From the NCBI GenBank assembly GCA_028715965.1, contig JAQUQS010000001.1, positions 1,259 to 65,258 on the forward strand: DNA of 64,000 nucleotides. The letters run 5' to 3'. Position numbers and translations under genes: made by a program. Source of the stretch: Candidatus Omnitrophota bacterium. Its GTDB lineage: Bacteria; Omnitrophota; Gorgyraeia; Tantalellales; Tantalellaceae. The notes under the pieces were generated by a model that saw nothing but the letters and a program-made list of their open reading frames with translations, had not been told where the DNA came from and searched no databases. How positions within the stretch are numbered: position 1 is the first letter of the stretch; each line of letters starts with the position of its first letter. This document shows positions 28,432 to 38,110 of the stretch, piece after piece.

Positions 28432-29310
28432 TTAAGAGCAACAATGGCATGACGTTGTATGTAAAATGTTATAAACCATAAGCTTATGTCGCAGTTCATC
28501 TCTTATCTGGTATGGATGGTAGAGTACCATTCCGGGGATACCTTTTTCTTCAGTCACCTTCCCGGTTACGCATATTTTTTTACCGAGATACTCGCTCAAA
28601 CGGCCTTTTTTCTCTGCTTCAAAAAAGCGTAAATTACCCTTGAATATAGTAACGTTGAACACATCAACACCGTTACCTTTTATCTCCATTACGACCTCAC
28701 TCCGGGTCTCCTTGATACCTTTGACCTCGCCGGTCACCGAACACACTTCTCCTACATGACCATGCGCCTCGCGAACATCTATATTCGCGCATACGCCCCA
28801 TATGCCCCGTCTTTCCTCGCGAGCTACTTCCTGAGCCCGGAGCAACACATCCAGATACTCGATATTGGGTGGAAAAACCGTTACCCTGGCAAGACCCCTA
28901 AGTACGATCTCTTCGTTCACGAAAACGTCACCAACAAAAACATACAAAAGAACCCGACCATATTTATCCGTTACCTTCTCATCGGGAACAACGAATACCG
29001 TCTTCCCCCCGACAAGCTCCTCGTTGAGTTCCGTAGCCGCTTCGGCAAAAGGTTCCGGGGCATATTCCCAGCCATTGCGTCCTTTTCTCCGGACTTCCGG
29101 CGTGTCTATACCAAGATATCTAGCGGTACGACCGTCGGACAATCGCGCGGTGTCCCCATCTATCACATGGTCTATCTGTAACTCGAAGCCTTTATCCTTC
29201 AGGTCTTCGGCCGGAAGCGGTACCCGGGAATCCACTACAAGGATCACCAGAAAAGATACTGTGAAGCGGAAAATCGCGTTCTTTATAAAGGTGATGTGTC
29301 CCATCATCAT
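28432..29310 (-). CDS. membrane-anchored thermonuclease (SNase/micrococcal nuclease family) with a C-terminal OB-like domain
   Basis: N-terminal TM segment, then VIDGDTARLSDGRTARYLGIDTPE…GRVLLYVFVGDVFVNEEIVLRGLARV…RRGIWG (SNc catalytic motifs), plus a ~120-aa C-terminal beta-rich domain. Start taken at the Met cluster 29304-29310, abutting the nth stop. Confidence 0.75.
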   Translation of the reverse strand: MMMGHITFIKNAIFRFTVSFLVILVVDSRVPLPAEDLKDKGFELQIDHVIDGDTARLSDGRTARYLGIDTPEVRRKGRNGWEYAPEPFAEAATELNEELVGGKTVFVVPDEKVTDKYGRVLLYVFVGDVFVNEEIVLRGLARVTVFPPNIEYLDVLLRAQEVAREERRGIWGVCANIDVREAHGHVGEVCSVTGEVKGIKETRSEVVMEIKGNGVDVFNVTIFKGNLRFFEAEKKGRLSEYLGKKICVTGKVTEEKGIPGMVLYHPYQIRDELRHKLMVYNILHTTSCHCCS

Positions 29311-29951
29311 TAGAACTTGCCGGCTGAAGGGCATAACCCGGCGACAGGACATCCTGGACAATCGGGTTTACGAGCCTTGCATGTCCTTCTCCCGTGCTGT
29401 ATCAATATATTCGAAAGATATCCCCATTTATCCCGGTCAAAAAGCTCCATGAGGTCCCGTTCTATCCGGACAGGATCCCCATATTTGGTAAGTCCCAGTC
29501 TTCCGCTTACGCGTTTTACATGCGTATCCACGGCTATGCCTTCGTTCTTGTCGAAAATATTGTAAAGTATGATATTTGCGGTCTTTCTTGCCACCCCGGG
29601 TAACGTGACAAGCTGTTCCATGTTCCCAGGCACTTTTCCCCCAAAACTTTCGAGGATCATTTTCGCGGAAGATATTATGTTCTTCGCCTTATTGCGGTAG
29701 AATCCCGTGGACCTGATCTCGGGCTCCAACTCCCGGGCCTTAAGTCCCGCGAAATCCTTCACTGTACCGTATTTCCTGAAAAGTGTCGCGGTTACCTTGT
29801 TCACTCTTTCATCGGTGCATTGGGCCGACAATATCGTGGCGGCCAAAAGCTGGAAAGCGTTCCCATACTCAAGCGATGTGACCGCGCCTTTGTACCTTTT
29901 CTCAAGTACGCGGAACATTTTTATGGCCATTTTTCTGTCCATGGTCATCAT
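29310..29951 (-). CDS. nth: endonuclease III (DNA-(apurinic/apyrimidinic site) lyase)
   Basis: HhH-GPD motif LVTLPGVARKTANIIL and a C-terminal 4Fe-4S cluster CX6CX2CX5C (CKARKPDCPGCPVAGLC). The start is moved to 29951 to abut the mutL stop. Confidence 0.9.
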   Translation of the reverse strand: MMTMDRKMAIKMFRVLEKRYKGAVTSLEYGNAFQLLAATILSAQCTDERVNKVTATLFRKYGTVKDFAGLKARELEPEIRSTGFYRNKAKNIISSAKMILESFGGKVPGNMEQLVTLPGVARKTANIILYNIFDKNEGIAVDTHVKRVSGRLGLTKYGDPVRIERDLMELFDRDKWGYLSNILIQHGRRTCKARKPDCPGCPVAGLCPSAGKF

Positions 29952-31720
29952 TTCCTGTGGAACATCTTTTCCATATCCGGGACCTTCAACTCTATCATGG
30001 TCGGCCGGCCATGCGGGCACGTAAATGGCAGCGAGCACTTTCCAAGCTGGGCAAGCAAAGACCTCATCTCCTCCATCGTAAGCTCATCCCCGGATTTTAT
30101 CGCGGCCCTGCATGATGCTATTTTGATCACGTTCTCCGTAGCGTCGTTCGACGTTTCCTTACCATCCGCCATATCATGCAACATATCGTTAACAAGCCTT
30201 TTTATATCTCCGTCCCTTACTACGGAAGGGACAGAATGTACTATAAAGGAATTCCCGCCGAAATGCTCGATCAAAAAACCTATACGCTTGAACCCCTCTA
30301 TCACCTTTGATAGGATAACAGCCTCATCCGAGGAAAGCTCCATATGTACGGGAAACAGCAGTTTCTGGGACTCAGCCAGTGAACTTTCGGCAGCCCGGGC
30401 AAAGAACTCGTACAATATACGCTCATGCGCCGCGTGCTGGTCCACTATATCTATCTTGTCCTCCTTTATCCCGACAATATAACACTTTCCTACCTGAAAG
30501 AACTCCTGCCCACCCACTTCTATTGTTCCAGCCGCAGTCCTTTCACCGGATTGAAAAAGGTTTTTTTTGCCCATGGCCCTGTCGGCTACCGGACCGGCCG
30601 ATACCTCATAAGGGAACTCGTTCTGAAGTTCCTCCTCTTTTCTCACAACGACACGCGCGCTTTCCGTCGATGGCACCTCAAGACTTTCATGGCATTCACC
30701 CGGAACGGTCTCTTGCCGGGATCTCCTGATACTAAGGAATTCCTCAGCGATACTCGCCGTGACGAGGTCCCTTATCCCCTTATCATACCGGAACTTAACC
30801 TCCATTTTTGACGGATGCACGTTCACATCTATCTCTTCCGGCGTTATATCAAGAAAAAGTATCGACGCGGGGAACCGGCCCCGTTCAAGCAGGCTCCTGT
30901 AAGCCCCGAACACCGAGTCCGAGAGAAGTTTGCTTCTAACAGATCTCCCGTTAACAAAGAAAAGCTGGGCTTTCCTATCCTTACGCGAATATGCCGGACG
31001 GCTTACAAAACCCTTAATTTCGCAAACTTCACTACGTCCTGATATCGGCACTATATGATCCGACACATCCGCGCCCAGTACCGTTCTTATCCGGTCCTCA
31101 CGGGAAGCCTTTGCGGGTACATGCAGGATGGTCCGGCCGCCGTGTATCAACTTGAATTCCACATCCATATGTGCGAGGCCGAGCCTGCCCACTATCTCGA
31201 TCACTTCGGATAGTTCCGTGGCTTCTTTCTTGAGGAATTTTTTGCGCGCGGGAACATTGAAGAACAGGTTCCGGACCTCTATAGTAGTCCCCCTGGCCCT
31301 TCCAGCAGGCCTGTTCTTCAGTATCTCTCCGCTTTCGATGTAAAGATAGATACCCGTATCCTCTTCCTGGGAACGCGTGGTAATATCCATCTGGGAGACC
31401 GCGGCGATACTGGCAAGCGCTTCTCCCCGGAACCCCAGAGTGTTTATCTTCTCGAGATCATCGGCTGTCCGTATCTTGCTGGTGGCGTGTCTTTTGGCCG
31501 CGATCACGGCGTCTTCCGCGGTCATACCGTACCCGTCATCCGAAACACGGATAAGGGAACTACCTCCGGCCTCGATCTCAACAACCACGCTACCGGCGCC
31601 CGCGTCCAACGAATTTTCCACGAGTTCCTTGACCACTGAAGCCGGTCTTTCGACCACTTCTCCCGCGGCGATCTTACATATGACGTCCTCTTCAAGTATG
31701 TTTATCTTCTTTCCCGTCAT
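29948..31720 (-). CDS. mutL: DNA mismatch repair protein MutL (endonuclease-type)
   Basis: GHKL ATPase N-terminus (…EVVERPASVVKELVENSLDAGA…) and a C-terminal DQHAAHERILYE endonuclease motif. Confidence 0.95.
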   Translation of the reverse strand: MTGKKINILEEDVICKIAAGEVVERPASVVKELVENSLDAGAGSVVVEIEAGGSSLIRVSDDGYGMTAEDAVIAAKRHATSKIRTADDLEKINTLGFRGEALASIAAVSQMDITTRSQEEDTGIYLYIESGEILKNRPAGRARGTTIEVRNLFFNVPARKKFLKKEATELSEVIEIVGRLGLAHMDVEFKLIHGGRTILHVPAKASREDRIRTVLGADVSDHIVPISGRSEVCEIKGFVSRPAYSRKDRKAQLFFVNGRSVRSKLLSDSVFGAYRSLLERGRFPASILFLDITPEEIDVNVHPSKMEVKFRYDKGIRDLVTASIAEEFLSIRRSRQETVPGECHESLEVPSTESARVVVRKEEELQNEFPYEVSAGPVADRAMGKKNLFQSGERTAAGTIEVGGQEFFQVGKCYIVGIKEDKIDIVDQHAAHERILYEFFARAAESSLAESQKLLFPVHMELSSDEAVILSKVIEGFKRIGFLIEHFGGNSFIVHSVPSVVRDGDIKRLVNDMLHDMADGKETSNDATENVIKIASCRAAIKSGDELTMEEMRSLLAQLGKCSLPFTCPHGRPTMIELKVPDMEKMFHRK

Positions 31721-34341
31721 CGCCCCTCCGCCTTGTTCTTGAGTTCGGATAATTTGGATAACGCGTCGATAGGCGTCATTCTGTCAAGGTCTAGCCCTTT
31801 GATCTCATCCAGTAGCGGGAATTTCCCGGCGTTATAGGTGAAAAAATCCAGCTGTTTTTCCTGTTCTGCCGTTTTCCCCGCGAACTTGGATCTTATGCTC
31901 CCCAAAAGAGAATCCTTCTGCAGGTTCGCCAGTATCGACCTTGCCCTCGCGACCACTTCCTGAGGCATCCCAGCCAGCCTGGCCACGTGTATACCAAAAC
32001 TCTCGTCACAAACACCTTCGGCTACCTTATAAAGAAAAACAATGTCCTCTCCCCACTCCTGGACCTCCAGATGGTAATTCTTAACACCTTCCATGATACC
32101 CGCCAGTTCCGTCAATTCATGGTAATGTGTAGCGAACATGGCCTTAGCGCCCATCAAATAATGATGTATGAACTCTACCACGGACCACGCTATTGATACA
32201 CCGTCGAACGTGCTTGTGCCGCGCCCTATCTCATCCAGGATTATCAGACTCATCGCGGTGGCGTTGTTCAATATGTTGGCCGTCTCGATCATCTCGACCA
32301 TAAAAGTGCTCATCCCATGATACAGCCTGTCCGAAGCGCCTACACGCGTAAAGACCCTGTCAACCAAGCCTATACGCGCCTCATCTGCCGGAACAAAACT
32401 CCCCATCTGGGCCATTATGGTTATAAGCGCGACCTGCCGTATAAAAGTGGATTTGCCGGCCATATTAGAACCGGTTATTATGAATATCCTGTTATCGTCG
32501 TCCATGCGAACGTCGTTCGGGACGAACTCCTTGTCCTTGAGTATCTTCTCAAGCACAGGATGGCGCCCCTGGCGTATCTCCAGCCCTGACGAGGGGCTTA
32601 CAACAGGACGATTATATCCGTTCACGACCGCAACTTCCGCGAGGTCCGATATCACGTCTATTCCGGCCACGATCTCGGAAAGTTCTTTCAACTTATCTAT
32701 TTTCCTGCCTATCTCGTCCCTGATCCCGCAGAATATGGAATACTCCATGTTCTTGCTCCTATCCGCGGCGCCTACTATCCTGCTTTCATGCTCCTTCAGT
32801 TCTTCGGTAATGAACCTTTCGGCGTTCACAAGTGTCTGCTTACGCATATAATCGTCGGGCACGTCCTTCAGGTTAGCCTTGGTGACCTCTATATAATAGC
32901 CGAACACCCTGTTATATCCCACTTTAAGCGAGCTTATCCCGGTCCTTTCTATCTCCTTTTTCTGAAGCCCTGTTATCCAGTCTTTCCCGCCGGATACTAT
33001 GTCAAGAAGCTCATCAAGCTCGGCGTCATGGCCCTTTTTTATTATGCCGCCCTCTTTAATGGTAACGGGAGGGTTGTCGACTATACTTTCACGGATCATA
33101 CGAGTAACTCCAGAAAAATCATCCATGCCGGAGACCGCTTTATCCATTAGACTTGGCAATTCCCCATTAAGCACATGTTTTAATTTCTCCACACTTTCCA
33201 GGGACGAAGCAAGTGCCAACAGGTCTCGGGCGTTGGCGCTGGCCATACTAACCTTATTGGAAAGCCTTTCGATATCATACACCTCGGAAAGAAGCGTCCT
33301 TACCTTCTTCCTGATATCCGCGTTGCTAAAGAAAAAACCCACCGCGTCCAGGCGTTCGTTTATCTTATTATAGTCCAGCATCGGGTTAAGCACCCATTTC
33401 TTGAGCTTGCGCTTACCCATCGGGGTCGTGGTCATATCCAGAACGTCATACAATGTGCCTTTCGTGGAAAGGTCGTCCTGGTTCTGGATAAGCTCAAGGT
33501 GCCGCTGGGAGTTACGGTCCAAGACCATATATTCACTCACGTTATAGACCGTTATCCTGTCTATGTTATTGAGCTCTATCTTCTGCGTGTTCTTTAGATA
33601 CTTCAGGAGGGCCCCCGCGGCGTTCACCGCGGGTGTTTGGCCGGTAAGTCCGAACCCTTCGAGATTATTAACGGAGAACTGGCGTTTAAGTTCTTTAGCG
33701 GAAAGTTCATGGTCGAACATCCAGTCATCCACGATCGAAACGGATCCCGTATTGACACTTGTGATATCCTTGAAATCCCTCGTAGATATAAAGCTTTCCT
33801 GCATTAAGAGTTCCGAAGGGGATATCTTGTACATCTCGGGAAAAACGGATTCCTTATCGGGTATTTCCGTTGCCTTGAACTCACCCGTGGAAAGATCCGC
33901 GTACGCCAGCCCGAACCGACCATCTCTGGCGCATATCGCGAGTATATAGTTGTTCACCGCTCCGTCCAGTATCTCGTCGGCGATAAATGTCCCGGGAGTG
34001 ATTATGCGGGTAATAGCCCTTTCAACCAATTTTTTGCCAGGCCCCGGTTCCTCAACCTGTTCGCAAATGGCGACTTTCCTGCCGTTATGTATAAGCCGGG
34101 CGATATAATTACTGGCTGCGTGGTGCGGTATCCCGCACATCGGGATCTTGCCCGTTTTGCCGGTACCACGTGACGTAAGGGTTATATGCAGGATACGTGA
34201 GGCTTCGACGGCGTCATCGAAGAACATTTCGTAAAAATCACCGAGACGAAAAAAAAGTATGGCATCCCTGTTCTTCTCTTTTATGTCAAGATACTGACGC
34301 ATCATAGGAGTGAGGTCGGACTCCATGCTTCTCTCCTCCAC
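31717..34341 (-). CDS. mutS: DNA mismatch repair protein MutS
   Basis: 874 aa with a Walker A GSNMAGKST, a mismatch-binding N-terminus (FYEMFFDDA) and …DEIGRGTSTFDG…. Confidence 0.95.
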   Translation of the reverse strand: MEERSMESDLTPMMRQYLDIKEKNRDAILFFRLGDFYEMFFDDAVEASRILHITLTSRGTGKTGKIPMCGIPHHAASNYIARLIHNGRKVAICEQVEEPGPGKKLVERAITRIITPGTFIADEILDGAVNNYILAICARDGRFGLAYADLSTGEFKATEIPDKESVFPEMYKISPSELLMQESFISTRDFKDITSVNTGSVSIVDDWMFDHELSAKELKRQFSVNNLEGFGLTGQTPAVNAAGALLKYLKNTQKIELNNIDRITVYNVSEYMVLDRNSQRHLELIQNQDDLSTKGTLYDVLDMTTTPMGKRKLKKWVLNPMLDYNKINERLDAVGFFFSNADIRKKVRTLLSEVYDIERLSNKVSMASANARDLLALASSLESVEKLKHVLNGELPSLMDKAVSGMDDFSGVTRMIRESIVDNPPVTIKEGGIIKKGHDAELDELLDIVSGGKDWITGLQKKEIERTGISSLKVGYNRVFGYYIEVTKANLKDVPDDYMRKQTLVNAERFITEELKEHESRIVGAADRSKNMEYSIFCGIRDEIGRKIDKLKELSEIVAGIDVISDLAEVAVVNGYNRPVVSPSSGLEIRQGRHPVLEKILKDKEFVPNDVRMDDDNRIFIITGSNMAGKSTFIRQVALITIMAQMGSFVPADEARIGLVDRVFTRVGASDRLYHGMSTFMVEMIETANILNNATAMSLIILDEIGRGTSTFDGVSIAWSVVEFIHHYLMGAKAMFATHYHELTELAGIMEGVKNYHLEVQEWGEDIVFLYKVAEGVCDESFGIHVARLAGMPQEVVARARSILANLQKDSLLGSIRSKFAGKTAEQEKQLDFFTYNAGKFPLLDEIKGLDLDRMTPIDALSKLSELKNKAEGR

Positions 34342-34359
34342 AGGGTGGATATAACCGAT

Positions 34360-34423
34360 AAAAAAGCGGGTTGCGGACCCTTAGTCGTTGTCATACGGCA
34401 CGACTTCGAAGCACGCAACCCGC
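34360..34423 (-). terminator. intrinsic terminator closing the r-protein/alpha operon (stem GCGGGTTGCG … CGCAACCCGC plus U6)
   Basis: The minus strand reads gcgggttgcg-[38-nt structured loop]-cgcaacccgc-tttttt, 30 nt after the rplQ stop and before mutS. Confidence 0.65.
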
Positions 34424-34454
34424 AAATACCATTGCGAGACCATCAAAGATGGCG

Positions 34455-35087
34455 CTATACGGATTTTCTCCTGAACCTTTTGAAGAGCCCTTTTTCGGAA
34501 AGTTTTTTCTGTTCCGACCTGGCCTTTTCTTTCCTTACGTCCTCTACGGCCCGTTTTTCCTTTTCCTCTACCGGGACCTCAGGTGCTACATGGGCTTTCT
34601 TCTCGGGTTTTGCGCTGTCTTTTGTGCCTTTTTCCCCGGACTTGTCCTCTGTCGCCTTGGACTTGGCTTTTGTCTTGGACTTAGTCTCGGTTTTTGTCTT
34701 TCCCAGCAGGTCTTCATCCGGGATACTTCTCTTAGTGAACTCTATTATAGCCATGGACGCCCCATCGCCTCTTCTTGTCCCAAGGGCCATGACACGGGTA
34801 TACCCGCCGTTCACTTCTTTATATAGGGGAGCTATCGTATCGAACAGGGTCTTCACCGTACTCTTATCACAGAGTTTACTGAATGCCCTTCTCCTGGCCG
34901 TGACGGAATCCGGGGATTTTTTAGCCATGGTTATCAGGGGCTCCACGAACACCCTCAAGGTCTTGGCTTTCGTCAGGGTGGTCTCTATCCTCTGATATCT
35001 GATCAGATCGTTAGCAAGGCATTTAAGGGTCGCCTTACGCCAACTGGTCCTTCTTCCTAATCTTCCTCTTTTCTTGCAGTGCCTCAT
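34455..35087 (-). CDS. rplQ: 50S ribosomal protein L17 with a ~90-aa lysine/glutamate-rich C-terminal extension
   Basis: The N-terminal 120 aa are canonical L17 (GRLGRRTSWRKA…TTLTKAK…GGYTRV). The tail KTKTETKSKTKAKSKATEDKSGEKGTKD… is low-complexity. Confidence 0.9.
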   Translation of the reverse strand: MRHCKKRGRLGRRTSWRKATLKCLANDLIRYQRIETTLTKAKTLRVFVEPLITMAKKSPDSVTARRRAFSKLCDKSTVKTLFDTIAPLYKEVNGGYTRVMALGTRRGDGASMAIIEFTKRSIPDEDLLGKTKTETKSKTKAKSKATEDKSGEKGTKDSAKPEKKAHVAPEVPVEEKEKRAVEDVRKEKARSEQKKLSEKGLFKRFRRKSV

Positions 35088-35102
35088 CTATATTCCCTTT
35101 CT

Positions 35103-36101
35103 TTACTTCTCTTCCTTTTCTTCTTCATCTACTTCATAACCGAGATGCAACCCCATCGAGGAAAGAACACTGTTTATCTCGTTCAGGGACTTTTTACCGA
35201 AATTCTTATATTTAAGCATCTCTGTTTCTTTCCTTTTAACAAGGTCGCCTATGGTCCGGATATTCGCTTCCGCGAGACAGTTCGAACTTCTGACTGAAAG
35301 CTCCAATTCGGAAATAGGCTTGGAAAGCTTCTTTACCGTTTCTTTCCTTTCCTTCGTTTCTTCCTCTTCTTCCTCGATCTCTTCGGGAAGCTTACCTATG
35401 GTCATGAACACGTCAAGATGTCTCTGCATGATATTGGCCGCGTAAAGTATGGCATCCTTGGGCTCCATACTTCCGTTGGTGTGTATCTCCATTATAAGCT
35501 TATCATAATCGGTTATATGCCCGACCCTGGTATTCTCCACATCAAGGTTCACGCATGTAACGGGAGAGAACATCGAATCAACGGCCAAAAGCCCTATAGG
35601 CTCATCGCCCGTCTTATTAAGTTCCGCCGGTACATACCCCCTGCCCCTCTCGACCACAAGCTCCATCTCAAAACTCACGTCCTCGGTGAGTGTAGCAATA
35701 TGATGTTCCAAGTTGACCACTTCAACTGTTTCATCGACCTTTATATCCCCGCCTTTAACCTCGCCCTTCTTGTTGACGCTGATGAAAAGGGATTTGGGGT
35801 TGCGAAAATGTGACCTGAGGACCAGTCCTTTTATGTTCATTATTATCTGGCTCATATCCTCAAGAACACCGGGGATAGTCGAGAACTCATGCAGAACACC
35901 CTGTAGTTTCACCTGCGTTACAGCGGTCCCCTCTATGGAAGACAAGAGCACCCGTCTCAAGGAATTGCCCACCGTTATACCATACCCTTTTTCGAACGGT
36001 TCAGCCGCGAACCTGCCGTAAGTCTTACTATACGTATCATCCTCGAAGACTATTCTTTTGGGCAATTCGAATTGTTTAAGTTTCATCCCCATCTCTATCA
36101 A
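35103..36101 (-). CDS. rpoA: DNA-directed RNA polymerase subunit alpha
   Basis: 332 aa with N-terminal domain motifs and a C-terminal domain (…SIEELELSVRSSNCLA…). Confidence 0.95.
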   Translation of the reverse strand: MIEMGMKLKQFELPKRIVFEDDTYSKTYGRFAAEPFEKGYGITVGNSLRRVLLSSIEGTAVTQVKLQGVLHEFSTIPGVLEDMSQIIMNIKGLVLRSHFRNPKSLFISVNKKGEVKGGDIKVDETVEVVNLEHHIATLTEDVSFEMELVVERGRGYVPAELNKTGDEPIGLLAVDSMFSPVTCVNLDVENTRVGHITDYDKLIMEIHTNGSMEPKDAILYAANIMQRHLDVFMTIGKLPEEIEEEEEETKERKETVKKLSKPISELELSVRSSNCLAEANIRTIGDLVKRKETEMLKYKNFGKKSLNEINSVLSSMGLHLGYEVDEEEKEEK

Positions 36102-36176
36102 TCCTCCTTTAACAGATAACCGGGCCCAGGCACGTAAAACGTATATACTACCAGCCTGGCACGGGAAACCGAAACG

Positions 36177-36806
36177 CTATTTTGAATAAAGTTCTACTAT
36201 CAAGCTCTCTTCTATCGTCATGCCTGTATCGCTCTTTAACGGCATCCTCTTTATCTTTATAGCAAGGTGCTCGGCCGAAACCTCGATCCAATCCGGCACA
36301 CCCCTGCCCTCAAGCAGCTTAACGTTCTCCTTGATCTGCTTTATCTGCTCTTTAGTCCCTGCCATCTCTATCTCGTCTCCCGGACTGACAAGAAATGACG
36401 GTATGTTGACCTTGCGTCCATTGACCTTGGTGAACCTGTGACCGACCATCTGCCGGGCAGCCGCCCTTGAATGAGCGAAACATGCCCTATATATGACATT
36501 GTCCAGCCTTCTTTCAAGTAACTGAAGAAGCACCTCACCCGTGGTACCCCTGGACTTTTCAGCTTTTTTAAAATAGTTGCGGAACTGTGTCTCAAGCAGC
36601 CCGTATATCCTCTTGGCTTTCTGTTTTTCCCTTAGCTGTATGGAATAGTTCGAGGGTTTCCTTCCCCTTGCCTGGCCATGCTGACCCGGCGCGTATTCCC
36701 GTTTTACGAAAGAACAGTTCGCCGAAGAACATTTAGTCCCCTTGAGGAATAATTTTTCTCCTTCCCTGCGACAAAGCCTACAGGACGCTGAAGTATTTCT
36801 GGCCAT
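36177..36806 (-). CDS. rpsD: 30S ribosomal protein S4
   Basis: MARNTSASCRLCRREGEKLFLKGTKC, an N-terminal zinc-ribbon-like region and an S4 domain. Confidence 0.95.
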   Translation of the reverse strand: MARNTSASCRLCRREGEKLFLKGTKCSSANCSFVKREYAPGQHGQARGRKPSNYSIQLREKQKAKRIYGLLETQFRNYFKKAEKSRGTTGEVLLQLLERRLDNVIYRACFAHSRAAARQMVGHRFTKVNGRKVNIPSFLVSPGDEIEMAGTKEQIKQIKENVKLLEGRGVPDWIEVSAEHLAIKIKRMPLKSDTGMTIEESLIVELYSK

Positions 36807-36879
36807 TTATCTTACTCCTTATTTGTTTCTTACGATCTGTCCTCAGGCACTGAACACGGGTGCCCGAACAACATATCGA

Positions 36880-37272
36880 TCATATTCTTCTTCTTTTCTT
36901 CGGCCTGCAACCGTTATGCGGTGTAGGCGTGGTATCAATTATCGAACTTATATTCATACCTTCGGACCTTATGCTTCTTACCGCGCTTTCTTTCCCGCCG
37001 CCTGGGCCCTTAAGATGCACTTCCACGTCCTTAAGGCCGAATATTTTGGCCTTCTTTACGGCGTCTTTCGCCGCGACACTCGCGGCAAAAGGCGTGGACT
37101 TCCTGGATCCCTTGAACCCCACTCCACCGGGAGAGCTCCAGCACAGCACCTTACCGTTAACATCGGTGACGGTAACTATGGTATTGTTGAATGTCGCGTG
37201 CACGAATACCTTGCCGGTAGACACTCTGTGTATTGTCTTCTTTTTCTTTCTGACCTTAGCTTTTTTCTGCAC
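36880..37272 (-). CDS. rpsK: 30S ribosomal protein S11
   Basis: …GKVFVHATFNNTIVTVTDVNGKVLCWSSPGGVGFKGSRKSTPFAA…. Confidence 0.95.
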   Translation of the reverse strand: MQKKAKVRKKKKTIHRVSTGKVFVHATFNNTIVTVTDVNGKVLCWSSPGGVGFKGSRKSTPFAASVAAKDAVKKAKIFGLKDVEVHLKGPGGGKESAVRSIRSEGMNISSIIDTTPTPHNGCRPKKRRRI

Positions 37273-37301
37273 TTTTTACCTCTCTAATCTTATCTTTTTT
37301 G

Positions 37302-37709
37302 TTACTTTGGCGTCGCGGGCTTAACAGCCGAGCGGGTGGCCTTATCCTTGAACGCGCCTATGGTCCTCTTCGGTCCTTTCCTGGTCCTCGAATTGGTCCT
37401 GGTCCTCTGTCCACGCACAGGAAGATTCCTCTTATGCCTCAATCCTCTGTATGAATTGATCGCCATAAGCCTCTTTATGTTACCGGTCTCCATCCTGCGA
37501 AGGTCACCTTCCACCTGGAAGCTTTCCTGTATTATCTTAGTTATATTGGTAACTTCCTGGTCATCCAGGTCCTTGGCCCGTTTCTCCGGCGGAATACCCG
37601 CCTGCTCAAGTATGTTCCTGGCACGCGCCGGACCTATCCCATAAATATAGGTCAGGGCGACCTCGACTCTTTTCTCCTTCGGAATATCCACACCTATTAT
37701 TCTCGGCAT
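37302..37709 (-). CDS. rpsM: 30S ribosomal protein S13
   Basis: [26 protein letters not shown]…. Confidence 0.95.
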   Translation of the reverse strand: MPRIIGVDIPKEKRVEVALTYIYGIGPARARNILEQAGIPPEKRAKDLDDQEVTNITKIIQESFQVEGDLRRMETGNIKRLMAINSYRGLRHKRNLPVRGQRTRTNSRTRKGPKRTIGAFKDKATRSAVKPATPK

Positions 37710-37772
37710 CTTATCTCCTTGTTACTTTTCAAAAAATATGATCCAGCAGGACATATTCCCCGGGGGCGGGGA

Positions 37773-37886
37773 TCACCCCTGCCTTTGCTTATGCTTGGGC
37801 TCCTTGCATATGACCCTGACAACACCTTTTCTCTTGATTATCTTGCACTTACCGCATATTTTCTTTACGCTTGGTCTGACTTTCAT
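37773..37886 (-). CDS. rpmJ: 50S ribosomal protein L36
   Basis: Not in the ORF track because it is under 60 aa. Hand translation of the minus strand gives [37 protein letters not shown], a canonical zinc-ribbon L36. Confidence 0.9.
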   Translation of the reverse strand: MKVRPSVKKICGKCKIIKRKGVVRVICKEPKHKQRQG

Positions 37887-37888
37887 GA

Positions 37889-38110
37889 TCACTTCTCTCT
37901 TTTTATTATGCGTCCCCTGCTCAGGTCATAAGGTGAAAGCTCCACTGTCACCTTGTCCCCGGGGACTATCCTTATAAAATACATCCTCATCTTACCGGAA
38001 ACATGAGCCAGCACCATGTGTCCGTTCTCAAGCTTAACACGGAACATCGCGTTGGGCAGACACTCCGCTATCTCGCCAATGGCGACTATAGGTTCTTCTT
38101 TTGCGCTCAT
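37889..38110 (-). CDS. infA: translation initiation factor IF-1
   Basis: 73 aa with an S1-like OB fold, …[39 protein letters not shown]…. Confidence 0.95.
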   Translation of the reverse strand: MSAKEEPIVAIGEIAECLPNAMFRVKLENGHMVLAHVSGKMRMYFIRIVPGDKVTVELSPYDLSRGRIIKREK

